Part shown: positions 18,578 to 27,900 of the stretch, piece by piece
Layout: the number at the start of each line of letters is the position of its first letter
Position numbering within the stretch: position 1 is the stretch's first letter
Origin: Burkholderiaceae bacterium
GTDB lineage: Bacteria > Pseudomonadota > Gammaproteobacteria > Burkholderiales > Burkholderiaceae_C
Assembly (NCBI GenBank): GCA_046348065.1
Contig: JAXMFA010000013.1
Span: forward strand, 27,407-91,406
Direction: 5' to 3'
Length of the DNA stretch: 64,000 nucleotides
Translations under genes and position numbers: made by a program
The notes under the pieces: model-generated
Told to the model about the DNA's origin: nothing
What the model saw: only the letters and a program-made list of their open reading frames with translations
Databases searched by the model: none

Positions 18578-19380
18578 GTCATCGCCACGACGCCCGAGAA
18601 CCAGTTGGGCTGCACCGCCAGCGGGCTGTCCTTGGCCCCGCCTTGCAGCGAGTCGTAGCTGATGGCGCCGGTGACCACCAGGCGCGGACTCATCAGGTAG
18701 GTGACCGAGACACTGGCACGCACGTCGCGCAGGCCCGCGCCGGGGGAGTAGGGTGCGTAGCCGCTGGTCACCGATTGCGCGTTCGTGACCCCGAAATAGC
18801 TTTGCATGTAAGCCGAATTGGCCCAGTTGGCCGACACGCCGGCGCCCACGCGCCAATTGGGTGCGATCGCGGTGGTATAGGTGCCGCCCAGCAGCAGCAA
18901 GGCGCCGTTGTGGTCGTTGCCCGCGCCGTAGCGGAACGACGAGGTCAGCACGAATTCGCGGCTGATCGGGTAGTTGAAGAAGGCGCCAATCTCGGGGCTG
19001 GCGTCGATGTTGCCCATGCCGTTGAGGGCCGGCGAGCGGCTCTCGCTGCGTCCGAAATCGGCGGTGAGGCGCACGCCGTAGTCAACGGCGGCTTCCTTGG
19101 AGAAGTTGTAGCCGATGCCGTTGGAGGTGCCGGCAAACCAGCCATTGGACCATTGGTATTCGAGCTGCGGCAGCAACAGGTTGCGCGCCTCGTTCGAGCC
19201 CGGGTAGGCGCGGCTCGCGACAAACGCCAGGCCCACCCAGCGGCCATCTTCGCCGGGCGCGGCGCCGAAGTTGCGCACCACATCAAAGGCCTGCCCGAAG
19301 GCGGCGGGCGTGGCCACGCCCAAGCAGGCGAGCAGGGCGGCGGACGGGATCAGGCGGCGAAGGGCGGGCACGGATTTCAT
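18565..19380 (-). CDS. MipA/OmpV family outer membrane protein
   Basis: Signal peptide, alternating beta-strand pattern, terminal aromatic (..MTYGF). Recalled similarity to the MltA-interacting protein family. Confidence 0.75.
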   Translation of the reverse strand: MKSVPALRRLIPSAALLACLGVATPAAFGQAFDVVRNFGAAPGEDGRWVGLAFVASRAYPGSNEARNLLLPQLEYQWSNGWFAGTSNGIGYNFSKEAAVDYGVRLTADFGRSESRSPALNGMGNIDASPEIGAFFNYPISREFVLTSSFRYGAGNDHNGALLLLGGTYTTAIAPNWRVGAGVSANWANSAYMQSYFGVTNAQSVTSGYAPYSPGAGLRDVRASVSVTYLMSPRLVVTGAISYDSLQGGAKDSPLAVQPNWFSGVVAMTYGF

Positions 19381-19512
19381 CTTGAGGACTTGGTTGGTGG
19401 GGCAAAACAGCTTGGACGCACGGCCTGGAGGCCGGTGCGGATCATAAACGGGGGGCTGACAGGCGGCGGAAGCCCCAAAGCCAGCGGGGGCGGATTCAGG
19501 CGGTTCCGGCGA

Positions 19513-19578
19513 CCCATTTTTGGTAACTTTGGCCGTGCTCCAGCGTGGAATGGTCTTTATGCGCTATCAAATCTGATG
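19513..19578 (+). repeat. R65 dispersed intergenic element, copy d (diverged)
   Basis: cccatttttggtaactttggccgtgctccagcgtggaatggtctttatgcgctatcaaatctgatg. Confidence 0.5.
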
Positions 19579-19649
19579 CTCCGATACAGCTCCATAATCG
19601 CGAACATCGGTTCTCTGGAGCCTTGACAGTCATTCAACCCCAACCACCC

Positions 19650-20857
19650 ATGACCGACCCCACCCCGCCTTCGCTCAAGCAACTCCGCATCCAGCGCGCT
19701 GCGCCCGGGGGGCCCCGGAGGCGGCGCTGGGGCCTGTTGGTGGGGGCGGCGGTGGTTGTGCTGGCGGCAGGCGCCCTTGTGCTTCGCCCGGGCAAGACCG
19801 AGGTGCAGGTGACCTCGGTGGTCACCACGTACCCGTCGCAGCAATACGCACAACTCACCGCATCGGGCTACGTGGTGGCACAGCGCCGCGCGGCCGTGGC
19901 CAGCAAGGCCACCGGGCGGCTGGAGGTGCTCAACGTGCGCGAGGGCAGCCTGGTCAAGCAGGGCGACGTGCTGGCGCGTCTCGACGCCAGCGACGTGCGC
20001 GCGGCACTGGCGCAGGCGCAGGCCGCGGTGCGCCAGGCCGAGGCGGCGGTGGCACAGGCCGGCGTGGAACGGGTGCAGGCCGAGGCCGACCTCAAGCGCC
20101 AGCAGGCGCTGCAGGCCAAGGGCTTTGTGTCGCCGCAGACGGTGGAGACCGCGACGACCCGCCTCAACGCCGCCCAGGCGGCGGTGGCCACGGCCGAGGC
20201 GGCCGCCGCCGTGGCGCGGGCCCAGGTCAAGGTGCAGCAGGTGAACCTGGAGTACACCGAGATCCGCGCGCCCTTCGACGGCGTGGTGCTGGTGAAGAAC
20301 GCCAACGTGGGCGACATCATCACGCCGTTCTCCAGCGCCGCCGGCGCGCAGGGCGCGGTGGTCACCATGGCCGACATGGGCACGCTGGAGGTGGAGGCCG
20401 ACGTGTCGGAGAGCAACCTGGCCAAGGCGAAGATCGGCCAGCCGGTGGAGATCACGCTCGACGCGCTGCCCGATGTGCGCTTTCGCGGCAGCGTGGTGGG
20501 CATCGTGCCCACCGTGGACCGGGCCAAGGCCACGGTCATGACCAAGATCCGCTTCGAAAGGCTCGACCCGCGCATCCTGCCCGAGATGAGCGCCAAGGTC
20601 ACCATCCTGTCGCAGCCGGCCACCGACGCCGACCAGAAGCCGCTGCTGGCCGTCAACCCCAAGGCGGTCGTGGAGCGCGACGGCCGCAAGCAGGTGCTGC
20701 GCGTGAAGGACGACGCGGTGGAGGCGGTGGACGTCACGCCCGGGCGGCGCATCGGCGACAACCTGGAGATCACCGGCGCGCTGAAGTCGGGCGACAAGGT
20801 GGTGCTGGCCCCGCCCGACAAGCTGGCCTCGGGCATGAAGATCACGGTCGCCGCCAA

Positions 20858-20861
<4 letters not shown>
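19650..20861 (+). CDS. efflux transporter periplasmic adaptor (HlyD/MacA-like membrane fusion protein)
   Basis: ATG at 19650 in ORF 19545..20861. Coiled-coil hairpin region (AQAQAAVRQAEAAV...), YTEIRAPFDGVV lipoyl motif. Stop overlaps the next start (ATGA). Confidence 0.85.
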
Positions 20862-21604
<743 letters not shown>

Positions 21605-21622
21605 GGCCCCGGTCCCTGCACC

Positions 21623-22783
21623 ATGTTCCTGCTGCGCCTGCTGTTCAAGAACGCGTTTCGCCACCGGCTGCGCACCATGCTGACCATGGTCGGCCTGGTG
21701 GTGGCGATCTGCGCCTTCGGCCTGCTGCGCACCATCGTCGACGCCTGGTACGCCGGGGTGGAGGGCACGTCCAGCACCCGGCTGATCACGCGCAACTCGA
21801 TTTCACTGACCTTTCCGCTGCCGCTGAGTTACGCCGAACGGCTGCGCAGCGTCGAAGGCGTCACCGGGCTCAGCTGGTCGAACTGGTTCGGCGGCGTCTA
21901 CATCACCGAGCGCAACTTCTTCCCGCAGTTCGCGGTGGACGCGCCGAGCTACCTGGCGCTCTACCCCGAGTACGTGCTGAACGACGACGAGAAGAAGGCC
22001 TTCCTGCTGGACCGCCAGGGGGTGATCGTGGGACGCAAGCTCGCCGACACCTACGGCTGGAAGGTGGGCGACCAGATCGCGCTGCGCGGCACCATCTACC
22101 CCGGCACCTGGGTGTTCAACCTGCGCGGCTTCTGGGATGGCGTGGACGCCAAGACCGACGAGTCGCAGATGCTGCTGCACTGGCAGTACCTGTCGGAGAC
22201 CGCGCGCAAGCGCCTGGGCCGCAGCATGGCCGATTACGTGGGCGTGTACGTGCTGCGCATCGACCAGCCGGACAACGCGCCGGTCGTGGCCGAGCGCATC
22301 GACACGATGTTCCGCAACTCGCTCGCCGAGACGCTGACCGAGACCGAAAAAGCCTTCCAGCTCAGCTTTGTCTCGATGAGCGAGACCATCCTGGTGGCGA
22401 TCAGCGCGGTCAGCCTGGTGATCGTGGTCATCATCATGGCGGTGATGGCCAACACCATGAGCATGACCGCACGCGAGCGGCTGTCGGAATACGCCACGCT
22501 GAAGGCGCTGGGCTTTCCGCCGGGCTTCATCGTCAAGCTGCTGTTCGGCGAGAGCCTGGTCATCGCGCTGCTCGGCGGCGGCCTGGGCCTGGCGCTGACG
22601 CTGCCGGTGGCGGCAGCCTTCGCCCAATCGGTGGGCACCTTGTTTCCGGTGTTCCGGGTGTCGGAACTCACGATGGCGCTGCAGTTGCTGGCGAGCGTGG
22701 TGGTCGGCGTGGTCGCCGCCGCCTGGCCGGCCTGGAAGATGAGCCGCATCAGCATCGTCAACGGGCTGCGTCACGTGGCATGA
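21623..22783 (+). CDS. ABC transporter permease (FtsX/MacB-like)
   Basis: N-terminal TM helix, large periplasmic domain and C-terminal FtsX-type 3-TM bundle ([15 protein letters not shown]). Confidence 0.85.
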   Translation: MFLLRLLFKNAFRHRLRTMLTMVGLVVAICAFGLLRTIVDAWYAGVEGTSSTRLITRNSISLTFPLPLSYAERLRSVEGVTGLSWSNWFGGVYITERNFFPQFAVDAPSYLALYPEYVLNDDEKKAFLLDRQGVIVGRKLADTYGWKVGDQIALRGTIYPGTWVFNLRGFWDGVDAKTDESQMLLHWQYLSETARKRLGRSMADYVGVYVLRIDQPDNAPVVAERIDTMFRNSLAETLTETEKAFQLSFVSMSETILVAISAVSLVIVVIIMAVMANTMSMTARERLSEYATLKALGFPPGFIVKLLFGESLVIALLGGGLGLALTLPVAAAFAQSVGTLFPVFRVSELTMALQLLASVVVGVVAAAWPAWKMSRISIVNGLRHVA

Positions 22784-23949
22784 AAGCGATACCGTTGTCG
22801 TATATCGCCCGCAACCTCTGGGTGCGCCGGGTCACCACGCTGCTGACGGCCGGGGGCATGGCGCTGGTGGTGTTCGTGTTCGCCACGGTGCTGATGATGG
22901 GCGAGGGCATCCGCGCCACGCTGGTGGCCACCGGCCAGCCTGACAACGTGCTGCTGCTGCGCAAGGGCGCGGGCGCCGAGATCAACAGCGGCATCGAGCG
23001 CGGCCAGGCCGCCATCGTCGAAAGCCTGAGCGGCATCGCCACCGACGGCGAGGGCCGGCGGCTGGTCAGCAAGGAGCCGGTGGTGCTGATCAACCTGCCC
23101 AAGCGCAGCAACGGCAAGCCGAGCAACGTCACGGTGCGCGGCACCTCGGCGACGGGCATGGCGCTGCGCCCGCAGGTGCGCCTGATCGAAGGCCGCATGT
23201 TCCGCCCCGGCACCTCGGAAATCATCGCCGGCCGTTCGGTGGCCAGCGGCTTTCGCGGCGCGGCGCTGGGCGAGACGCTGCGCTTCGCCCAGCGCGACTG
23301 GGTGGTGGTGGGCGTGTTCGATTCCGGCAAAACCGCCTTCGACAGCGAGATCTGGGGCGACGCCGAGCAGATGCTGGCGGCCTTCCGCCGCCCGGTGTAT
23401 TCGACGATGGTGTTCCGCCTGGCCGAACCTGACGGGCTGGGCCGCATGAGGGACGCGATCGAGGCCGACCCGCGCCTGAAGCTCGACGTGAAGGCCGAGA
23501 CCCAGTTCTACGAAGAGCAAAGCCAGGCGCTGGCCACCTTCATCCGCATCCTGGGGCTGAGCCTGTCCATCATCTTCTCGATCGGTGCCATCGTGGGCGC
23601 CATGATCACCATGTTTGCCGCGGTGGCGCAGCGCGTGGGTGAGATCGGCACCCTGCGTGCGCTGGGTTTCCGGCGCGGGGCGGTGCTGGTGGCGTTTCTG
23701 GGCGAATCGCTGCTGCTGTCGCTGGTGGGTGGCGTGGTGGGGCTGGCGGCTGCCTCCGGCATGCAGGCGGTGGACATCTCCACCACCAACTTCCAGACCT
23801 TCAGCGAGATCGCGTTCCAGTTCCGCCTGACCCCGGCGATCGTGGTGCAGACGCTGCTGTTCGCGCTGGCCATGGGCCTGGTCGGAGGTTTCATCCCGGC
23901 CTGGCGCGCGGCGCGCCTGAAGATCGTCGATGGGCTGCGGGCGGCCTGA
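22780..23949 (+). CDS. ABC transporter permease (FtsX/MacB-like), second copy
   Basis: Same architecture (LRALGFRRGAVLVAFL). Start overlaps the previous stop. Confidence 0.85.
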   Translation: MKAIPLSYIARNLWVRRVTTLLTAGGMALVVFVFATVLMMGEGIRATLVATGQPDNVLLLRKGAGAEINSGIERGQAAIVESLSGIATDGEGRRLVSKEPVVLINLPKRSNGKPSNVTVRGTSATGMALRPQVRLIEGRMFRPGTSEIIAGRSVASGFRGAALGETLRFAQRDWVVVGVFDSGKTAFDSEIWGDAEQMLAAFRRPVYSTMVFRLAEPDGLGRMRDAIEADPRLKLDVKAETQFYEEQSQALATFIRILGLSLSIIFSIGAIVGAMITMFAAVAQRVGEIGTLRALGFRRGAVLVAFLGESLLLSLVGGVVGLAAASGMQAVDISTTNFQTFSEIAFQFRLTPAIVVQTLLFALAMGLVGGFIPAWRAARLKIVDGLRAA

Positions 23950-24077
23950 ATGCGGCTTGCCCCCGTTACCGCGCGGGGCGTTACCGGCGCGACAAGGCCC
24001 GTGCCGCCCAAGGGATCACAATGCGCCGCTGGATACGGCCCGGCCCACGCAGGCCCCAACCCCTCAAGGAACCTTCA

Positions 24078-25253
24078 ATGACCAAACCGTTTGACCTTGT
24101 CGTGCATGGCGCCACCGGCTTCACCGGCCGGCTGGTGGTGGAATACCTGCTGCAGCGCTACCCCGCCGGCAGCGGCCTGCGCTGGGCCATGGGCGGGCGC
24201 AGCGCGGACAAGCTGGCGGCCGTGCGCGACGAACTGGGCGCACCCAGCGACACCCCGCTGGTCGTCACCGACAGCGCGGATCCGGCCAGCCTGCAGGCGC
24301 TGATGGCGCAAACCCGGCTGGTGCTGACCACCGTGGGCCCCTACCAGCTCTATGGCAACGAGCTGGTGGCCGCCTGCGCCGCCAGTGGCGTCGACTACGT
24401 GGACCTGTGCGGAGAACCCGCTTGGATGCGACAGATGATCGACGCGCACGAGGCGCAGGCCAAGGCCAGCGGGGCGCGCATCGTGTTCTCGTGCGGCTTC
24501 GATTCGATCCCGTTCGACCTCGGCGTGTTCATGCTGCAGAACGAGATGAAGGCCCGCTTCGGCCAACCGGCCAGCCGTGTGCGCGGGCGCGTGCGCAAAA
24601 TGAAGGGCACCTTCTCCGGCGGGACCGCCGCCAGCCTGAAGGCCACGATGGCCGCCGCCGCCACCCAGCCTGGCGTGCTGGACCTGTTGCGCAACCCGTT
24701 TGCGCTGACCCCCGGCTTCGAAGGCCCGCGCCAGCCCTCGGGCGCCAAACCGATGCTGGACGAGGCGCTGGGCCTGTGGGTGGCGCCTTTCGTGATGGCC
24801 GCCATCAACACCCGCAACGTGCACCGTTCCAACTTCCTGCTCGGCCTGGCCTATGGGGCGGACTTCGTATATGACGAGATGCTCATCACCGGAGCGGGCG
24901 AGAAGGGCGAGGCGATCGCCCAGGCGGTGGCGGCCGACAAGTCCCTCGGTGCCGACGATGGCCCGAAGCCCGGCGAAGGCCCGTCACGCGCGGAGCGTGA
25001 AGCCGGCTTCTACGACGTGCTGTTTCTGGGCGAGGACGCCGCTGGCCACCAGCTGCGTGTGGGCGTCTCCGGCGATCGCGACCCCGGCTACGGCTCCACC
25101 TCGAAGATGATCACCGAGGCCGCGGTCTGCCTGCTGCAGGATCGCACCGACACCCCCGGCGGCATCTGGACGCCGGCGGCCGCCATGGGCCAGCGCCTGA
25201 TCGACCGGCTGCAGGCCCACGCCGGCCTGCGTTTCGCCGTCGAGCCGGCCTGA
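24078..25253 (+). CDS. saccharopine dehydrogenase-like NAD(P)-binding oxidoreductase family protein
   Basis: ATG at 24078. FDLVVHGATGFTGRLVVEYL Rossmann motif typical of this family. Confidence 0.75.
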   Translation: MTKPFDLVVHGATGFTGRLVVEYLLQRYPAGSGLRWAMGGRSADKLAAVRDELGAPSDTPLVVTDSADPASLQALMAQTRLVLTTVGPYQLYGNELVAACAASGVDYVDLCGEPAWMRQMIDAHEAQAKASGARIVFSCGFDSIPFDLGVFMLQNEMKARFGQPASRVRGRVRKMKGTFSGGTAASLKATMAAAATQPGVLDLLRNPFALTPGFEGPRQPSGAKPMLDEALGLWVAPFVMAAINTRNVHRSNFLLGLAYGADFVYDEMLITGAGEKGEAIAQAVAADKSLGADDGPKPGEGPSRAEREAGFYDVLFLGEDAAGHQLRVGVSGDRDPGYGSTSKMITEAAVCLLQDRTDTPGGIWTPAAAMGQRLIDRLQAHAGLRFAVEPA

Positions 25254-25265
25254 AGGAGCGTGACC

Positions 25266-25961
25266 ATGAACCCGCCCGTGATCCGTGACGAACTGGGCCT
25301 ACTGGACGGCCTGGTGGATCTGGCCCGCCACCCGCGCGTCATCGAACTCGGTTGTGGCGCGGCGCAGCTCTCGCGCCGGCTGCTGGAGCGCTTCGAAGGC
25401 GCCGAGGTGACCGCGCTGGAGGTGGACGAGCGCCAGCATGCCAAGAACCTCGCCAGCCCGCAGGCACGGCTGACCTTCGTCGCGGCCGGCGCACAGGCGA
25501 TCCCGTTCGAGGCCGGCCGCTTCGACCTGGCGCTGATGTTGAAATCGCTGCACCACGTGCCGCTGGACCTGCTCGATGCCGCGCTGGCCGAGGTGCATCG
25601 CGTGCTGCGCCCGGGCGGGCTGCTGTACGTGTCGGAGCCGGTGTTTGCCGGCGCGCTGAACGAGGTCATGCGCCTGTTCCACGACGAGCAGGTGGTGCGC
25701 GCCGCGGCACTGGCCGCGCTGCACCGGGCGATCGCCTCGGGCGCGTGGGAGGCGGTGAGCGAGACCTTCTTCGACGTGCCGGTGCACTACCGCGACTTCG
25801 CCGAATTCGAGCAGCGCATGATCGGCGTCACCTACCAGAACCACCGCCTCGACGCCGCCACCCTGGCCGCCGTGCGTGCGCGCTTCGAGCCACACATGGG
25901 CGCCGACGGAGCCCATTTCGTGCGGCCAATGCGCGTCAACCTGCTCAGAACGCGCGACTGA
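25266..25961 (+). CDS. class I SAM-dependent methyltransferase
   Basis: VIELGCGAAQL (motif I) and LRPGGLLYVSEP. AGGAG RBS precedes the ATG at 25266 (the ORF track starts at GTG 25260). Confidence 0.85.
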   Translation: MNPPVIRDELGLLDGLVDLARHPRVIELGCGAAQLSRRLLERFEGAEVTALEVDERQHAKNLASPQARLTFVAAGAQAIPFEAGRFDLALMLKSLHHVPLDLLDAALAEVHRVLRPGGLLYVSEPVFAGALNEVMRLFHDEQVVRAAALAALHRAIASGAWEAVSETFFDVPVHYRDFAEFEQRMIGVTYQNHRLDAATLAAVRARFEPHMGADGAHFVRPMRVNLLRTRD

Positions 25962-26030
25962 GGGCGTTTTTTCGCATCGTATTGGCCGCTTCCCAGCGCC
26001 GGACGGCCACGAAGTGCTATGAAAAAAGGA
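25962..26030 (+). repeat. R65 dispersed intergenic element, copy e
   Basis: gggcgttttttcgcatcgtattggccgcttcccagcgccggacggccacgaagtgctatgaaaaaagga. Confidence 0.75.
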
Positions 26031-26152
26031 CTATCCAGAGGGTGCGGCGACGACGGTCTCGCCGTTGCGGCGCAGGGACAGAGCGCTTGCACAGTCAATA
26101 CAGGGCACAAGGCGACTGCTCGTCGACCAGTAACCGTCTCGGTCCAGGTGGC

Positions 26153-26527
26153 TTAACGTCGAAGAATGGCCCCCCCGAGGCGGGTGGCGCATTGGCCAAT
26201 CGGTGGAGCTCCTTTGCAATAGACGCTGATGCCGGGCGATGAGGCCGGTTTGCAATCCTCGTCAAATTGGCAAGCGTAGCCCTGTGGGACGTTGCCCATT
26301 TTGGATCCGGGTTGAGATCCTTCAGGTCGAGGTCCTTCGGTAACCGGCACATCCAGGGGTTTGTAGGTGCGCGAAAGCGAACTTGCGGGAACCCGCGATG
26401 GGGTCACGTAGTTCTGTTGCGCGTCACCCGGCTTGGCCTCGGGATTCGCGGGTGATGAATGGGCCGCGGCACCGCAAAGCAACAACGCGAATGAGGTCGA
26501 AACCGCGACGGTTCGCAGCTGAATCAT
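26153..26527 (-). CDS. hypothetical small secreted Cys-containing protein (cargo of the small island)
   Basis: ATG at 26527 in ORF 26153..26626. Signal peptide MIQLRTVAVSTSFALLLCGAAAHS, C-terminal CQFDEDC...YCKG...GQC. The region is visibly more A/T-rich than its neighbours. Confidence 0.5.
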   Translation of the reverse strand: MIQLRTVAVSTSFALLLCGAAAHSSPANPEAKPGDAQQNYVTPSRVPASSLSRTYKPLDVPVTEGPRPEGSQPGSKMGNVPQGYACQFDEDCKPASSPGISVYCKGAPPIGQCATRLGGAILRR

Positions 26528-26674
26528 TGAACGTCCCTTTTGTTTCAATTTACTTGGTACACAGCCCATGGTTGGGAGGAAGTCCAATTTTGCAGCCCGA
26601 TGGCGTCGTTGGGGAACTGTGGTCAACAGGCGATTCGTCTAAATCCGGATCATCCCAATCCCACCGCGACCCCG

Positions 26675-26734
26675 ACCGACGGCGCCCGTCTCGTGCGGCT
26701 GATGCGCGTCAATCTGCACAGAAAGCCCGACCAA
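26675..26734 (+). pseudogene. remnant of a methyltransferase 3' end (diverged duplicate of 25902..25961)
   Basis: Translates as DGARLVRLMRVNLHRKPDQ versus DGAHFVRPMRVNLLRTRD* at the end of the intact gene. The stop is lost and there is no upstream coding body. Confidence 0.7.
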
Positions 26735-26754
26735 GGGCGTTTTCTCGCGTCAAT
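26735..26754 (+). repeat. R65 element copy f, left part (interrupted by IS30-family element)
   Basis: gggcgttttctcgcgtcaat aligns with the 5' part of copy e. Confidence 0.7.
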
Positions 26755-27811
26755 ATCTTGATTTCTAGTTCGAATCGCGACAGCGGCGACGCATGTCGGA
26801 TAGTACCTCTGCGGGGGTTTTGAAGCCCAGGCAGGCCCGAGGCCTGTGATTGAGCAGGTGTTCGATGCGGGCGATGCTTTGATGGGTCTGCAAGCTCAAA
26901 GGCTGACCCTTGGGGATGTACTGTCGGATCAGGCCGATGGTGTTCTCGTTGGTACCGCGTTGATTGGGTTGACGCGGATCGCAGACAAACAGGCGTGAGC
27001 CCAGCAAGGCTGGCAGGTGAGCGAACTCGCTGCCGCGGTCAACCGTGACGGTGTGCACCGGCCATGCGGCGTGCTGCAGCAAGGCACGGTTTGCCTGGTC
27101 AGCCATCGTGGCGGGCAAGGCATTGGGGGCCAGGCGCAGCCTGGTGAATCGGCTGGCGCGCTCCACGGCCACAAGCAGGCGCGGCTTGTAGAACCCGCGC
27201 AGCCCCACCATCGTGTCCATCTCCCAATGACCCAATTGCTCGCGCCGCAAGACATGATGTGGTCGCTCTCCGATGGGCCGTGCCTGAGCAGCCCATCCGC
27301 CACGACCCGCTTGCCGCTCGGCGCGGCGCAAAGGACGACGCTGACGAAGATGCCAATGGCGCTGGCACCAGGCGTAGATGGCTTGCCAGCTTGGGCAACA
27401 TTGTCCGCGCAGCCGTGCACGACCGGCAATCTGCTGCGGCGACCACTGGCTTTGCAGGCGCCGTCGCACGCGACGCCACAGGCGCGCCTCATGACGAGGT
27501 GCATTGGCGTTTGAGCGAGACGCGCAGGCCTTTCGATGAGCCTGTGCCTGCTTGGCACAGTACTGCGCAGGCGCGCAGCGCTTGAGTTCACGGTAAATGC
27601 TGCAGCGGTGGCGTCCCAGACGCCGGGCGATCTGATCGACTGAGAGCTGGCCGAGCAGCGTCTCAATCTGGTAGCGTTCGTGTTCGCTGAGATGGCATCG
27701 CATCACGGTCATTTCCTTTCAGTGTGGTAACTAAAAGGCTAGCCGCTCCTTGTCATCTCAGCCCTTCTTTCTGCGCCTGAGATCGTCGCGATTCGAACAA
27801 GAAACTAAGAT
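26755..27811 (-). mobile_element. IS30-family insertion sequence (about 1.06 kb) with 27-bp imperfect terminal inverted repeats
   Basis: Left end atcttgatttctagttcgaatcgcgac (26755-26781) versus the reverse complement of the right end, atcttagtttcttgttcgaatcgcgac (27785-27811). Single transposase ORF. Flanked by AT/ATAT. Confidence 0.88.
26765..27712 (-). CDS. IS30 family transposase
   Basis: N-terminal HTH (LSVDQIARRLGRHRCSIYRELKR), DDE region HWEMDT...TVDRGSEF...NENTIGLIRQY. Confidence 0.9.
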   Translation of the reverse strand: MTVMRCHLSEHERYQIETLLGQLSVDQIARRLGRHRCSIYRELKRCAPAQYCAKQAQAHRKACASRSNANAPRHEARLWRRVRRRLQSQWSPQQIAGRARLRGQCCPSWQAIYAWCQRHWHLRQRRPLRRAERQAGRGGWAAQARPIGERPHHVLRREQLGHWEMDTMVGLRGFYKPRLLVAVERASRFTRLRLAPNALPATMADQANRALLQHAAWPVHTVTVDRGSEFAHLPALLGSRLFVCDPRQPNQRGTNENTIGLIRQYIPKGQPLSLQTHQSIARIEHLLNHRPRACLGFKTPAEVLSDMRRRCRDSN

Positions 27812-27860
27812 ATGGCCGCTTTCGAGCGCCAGTCGGCCACGAGCCGCTATGAAAAAAGGA
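27812..27860 (+). repeat. R65 element copy f, right part
   Basis: atggccgctttcgagcgccagtcggccacgagccgctatgaaaaaagga. Shares the gctatgaaaaaagga variant with copy e. Confidence 0.75.
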
Positions 27861-27900
27861 CCGACCCGTCGCCAGGCCGGTCCTTGGTTTCTGCCCCGAA

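Noticed and set aside
16868-18856. 662-aa ORF antisense to WS/DGAT paralogue 2
   Set aside because: Same reasoning. The plus-strand ORF carries the HHxxxDG motif.
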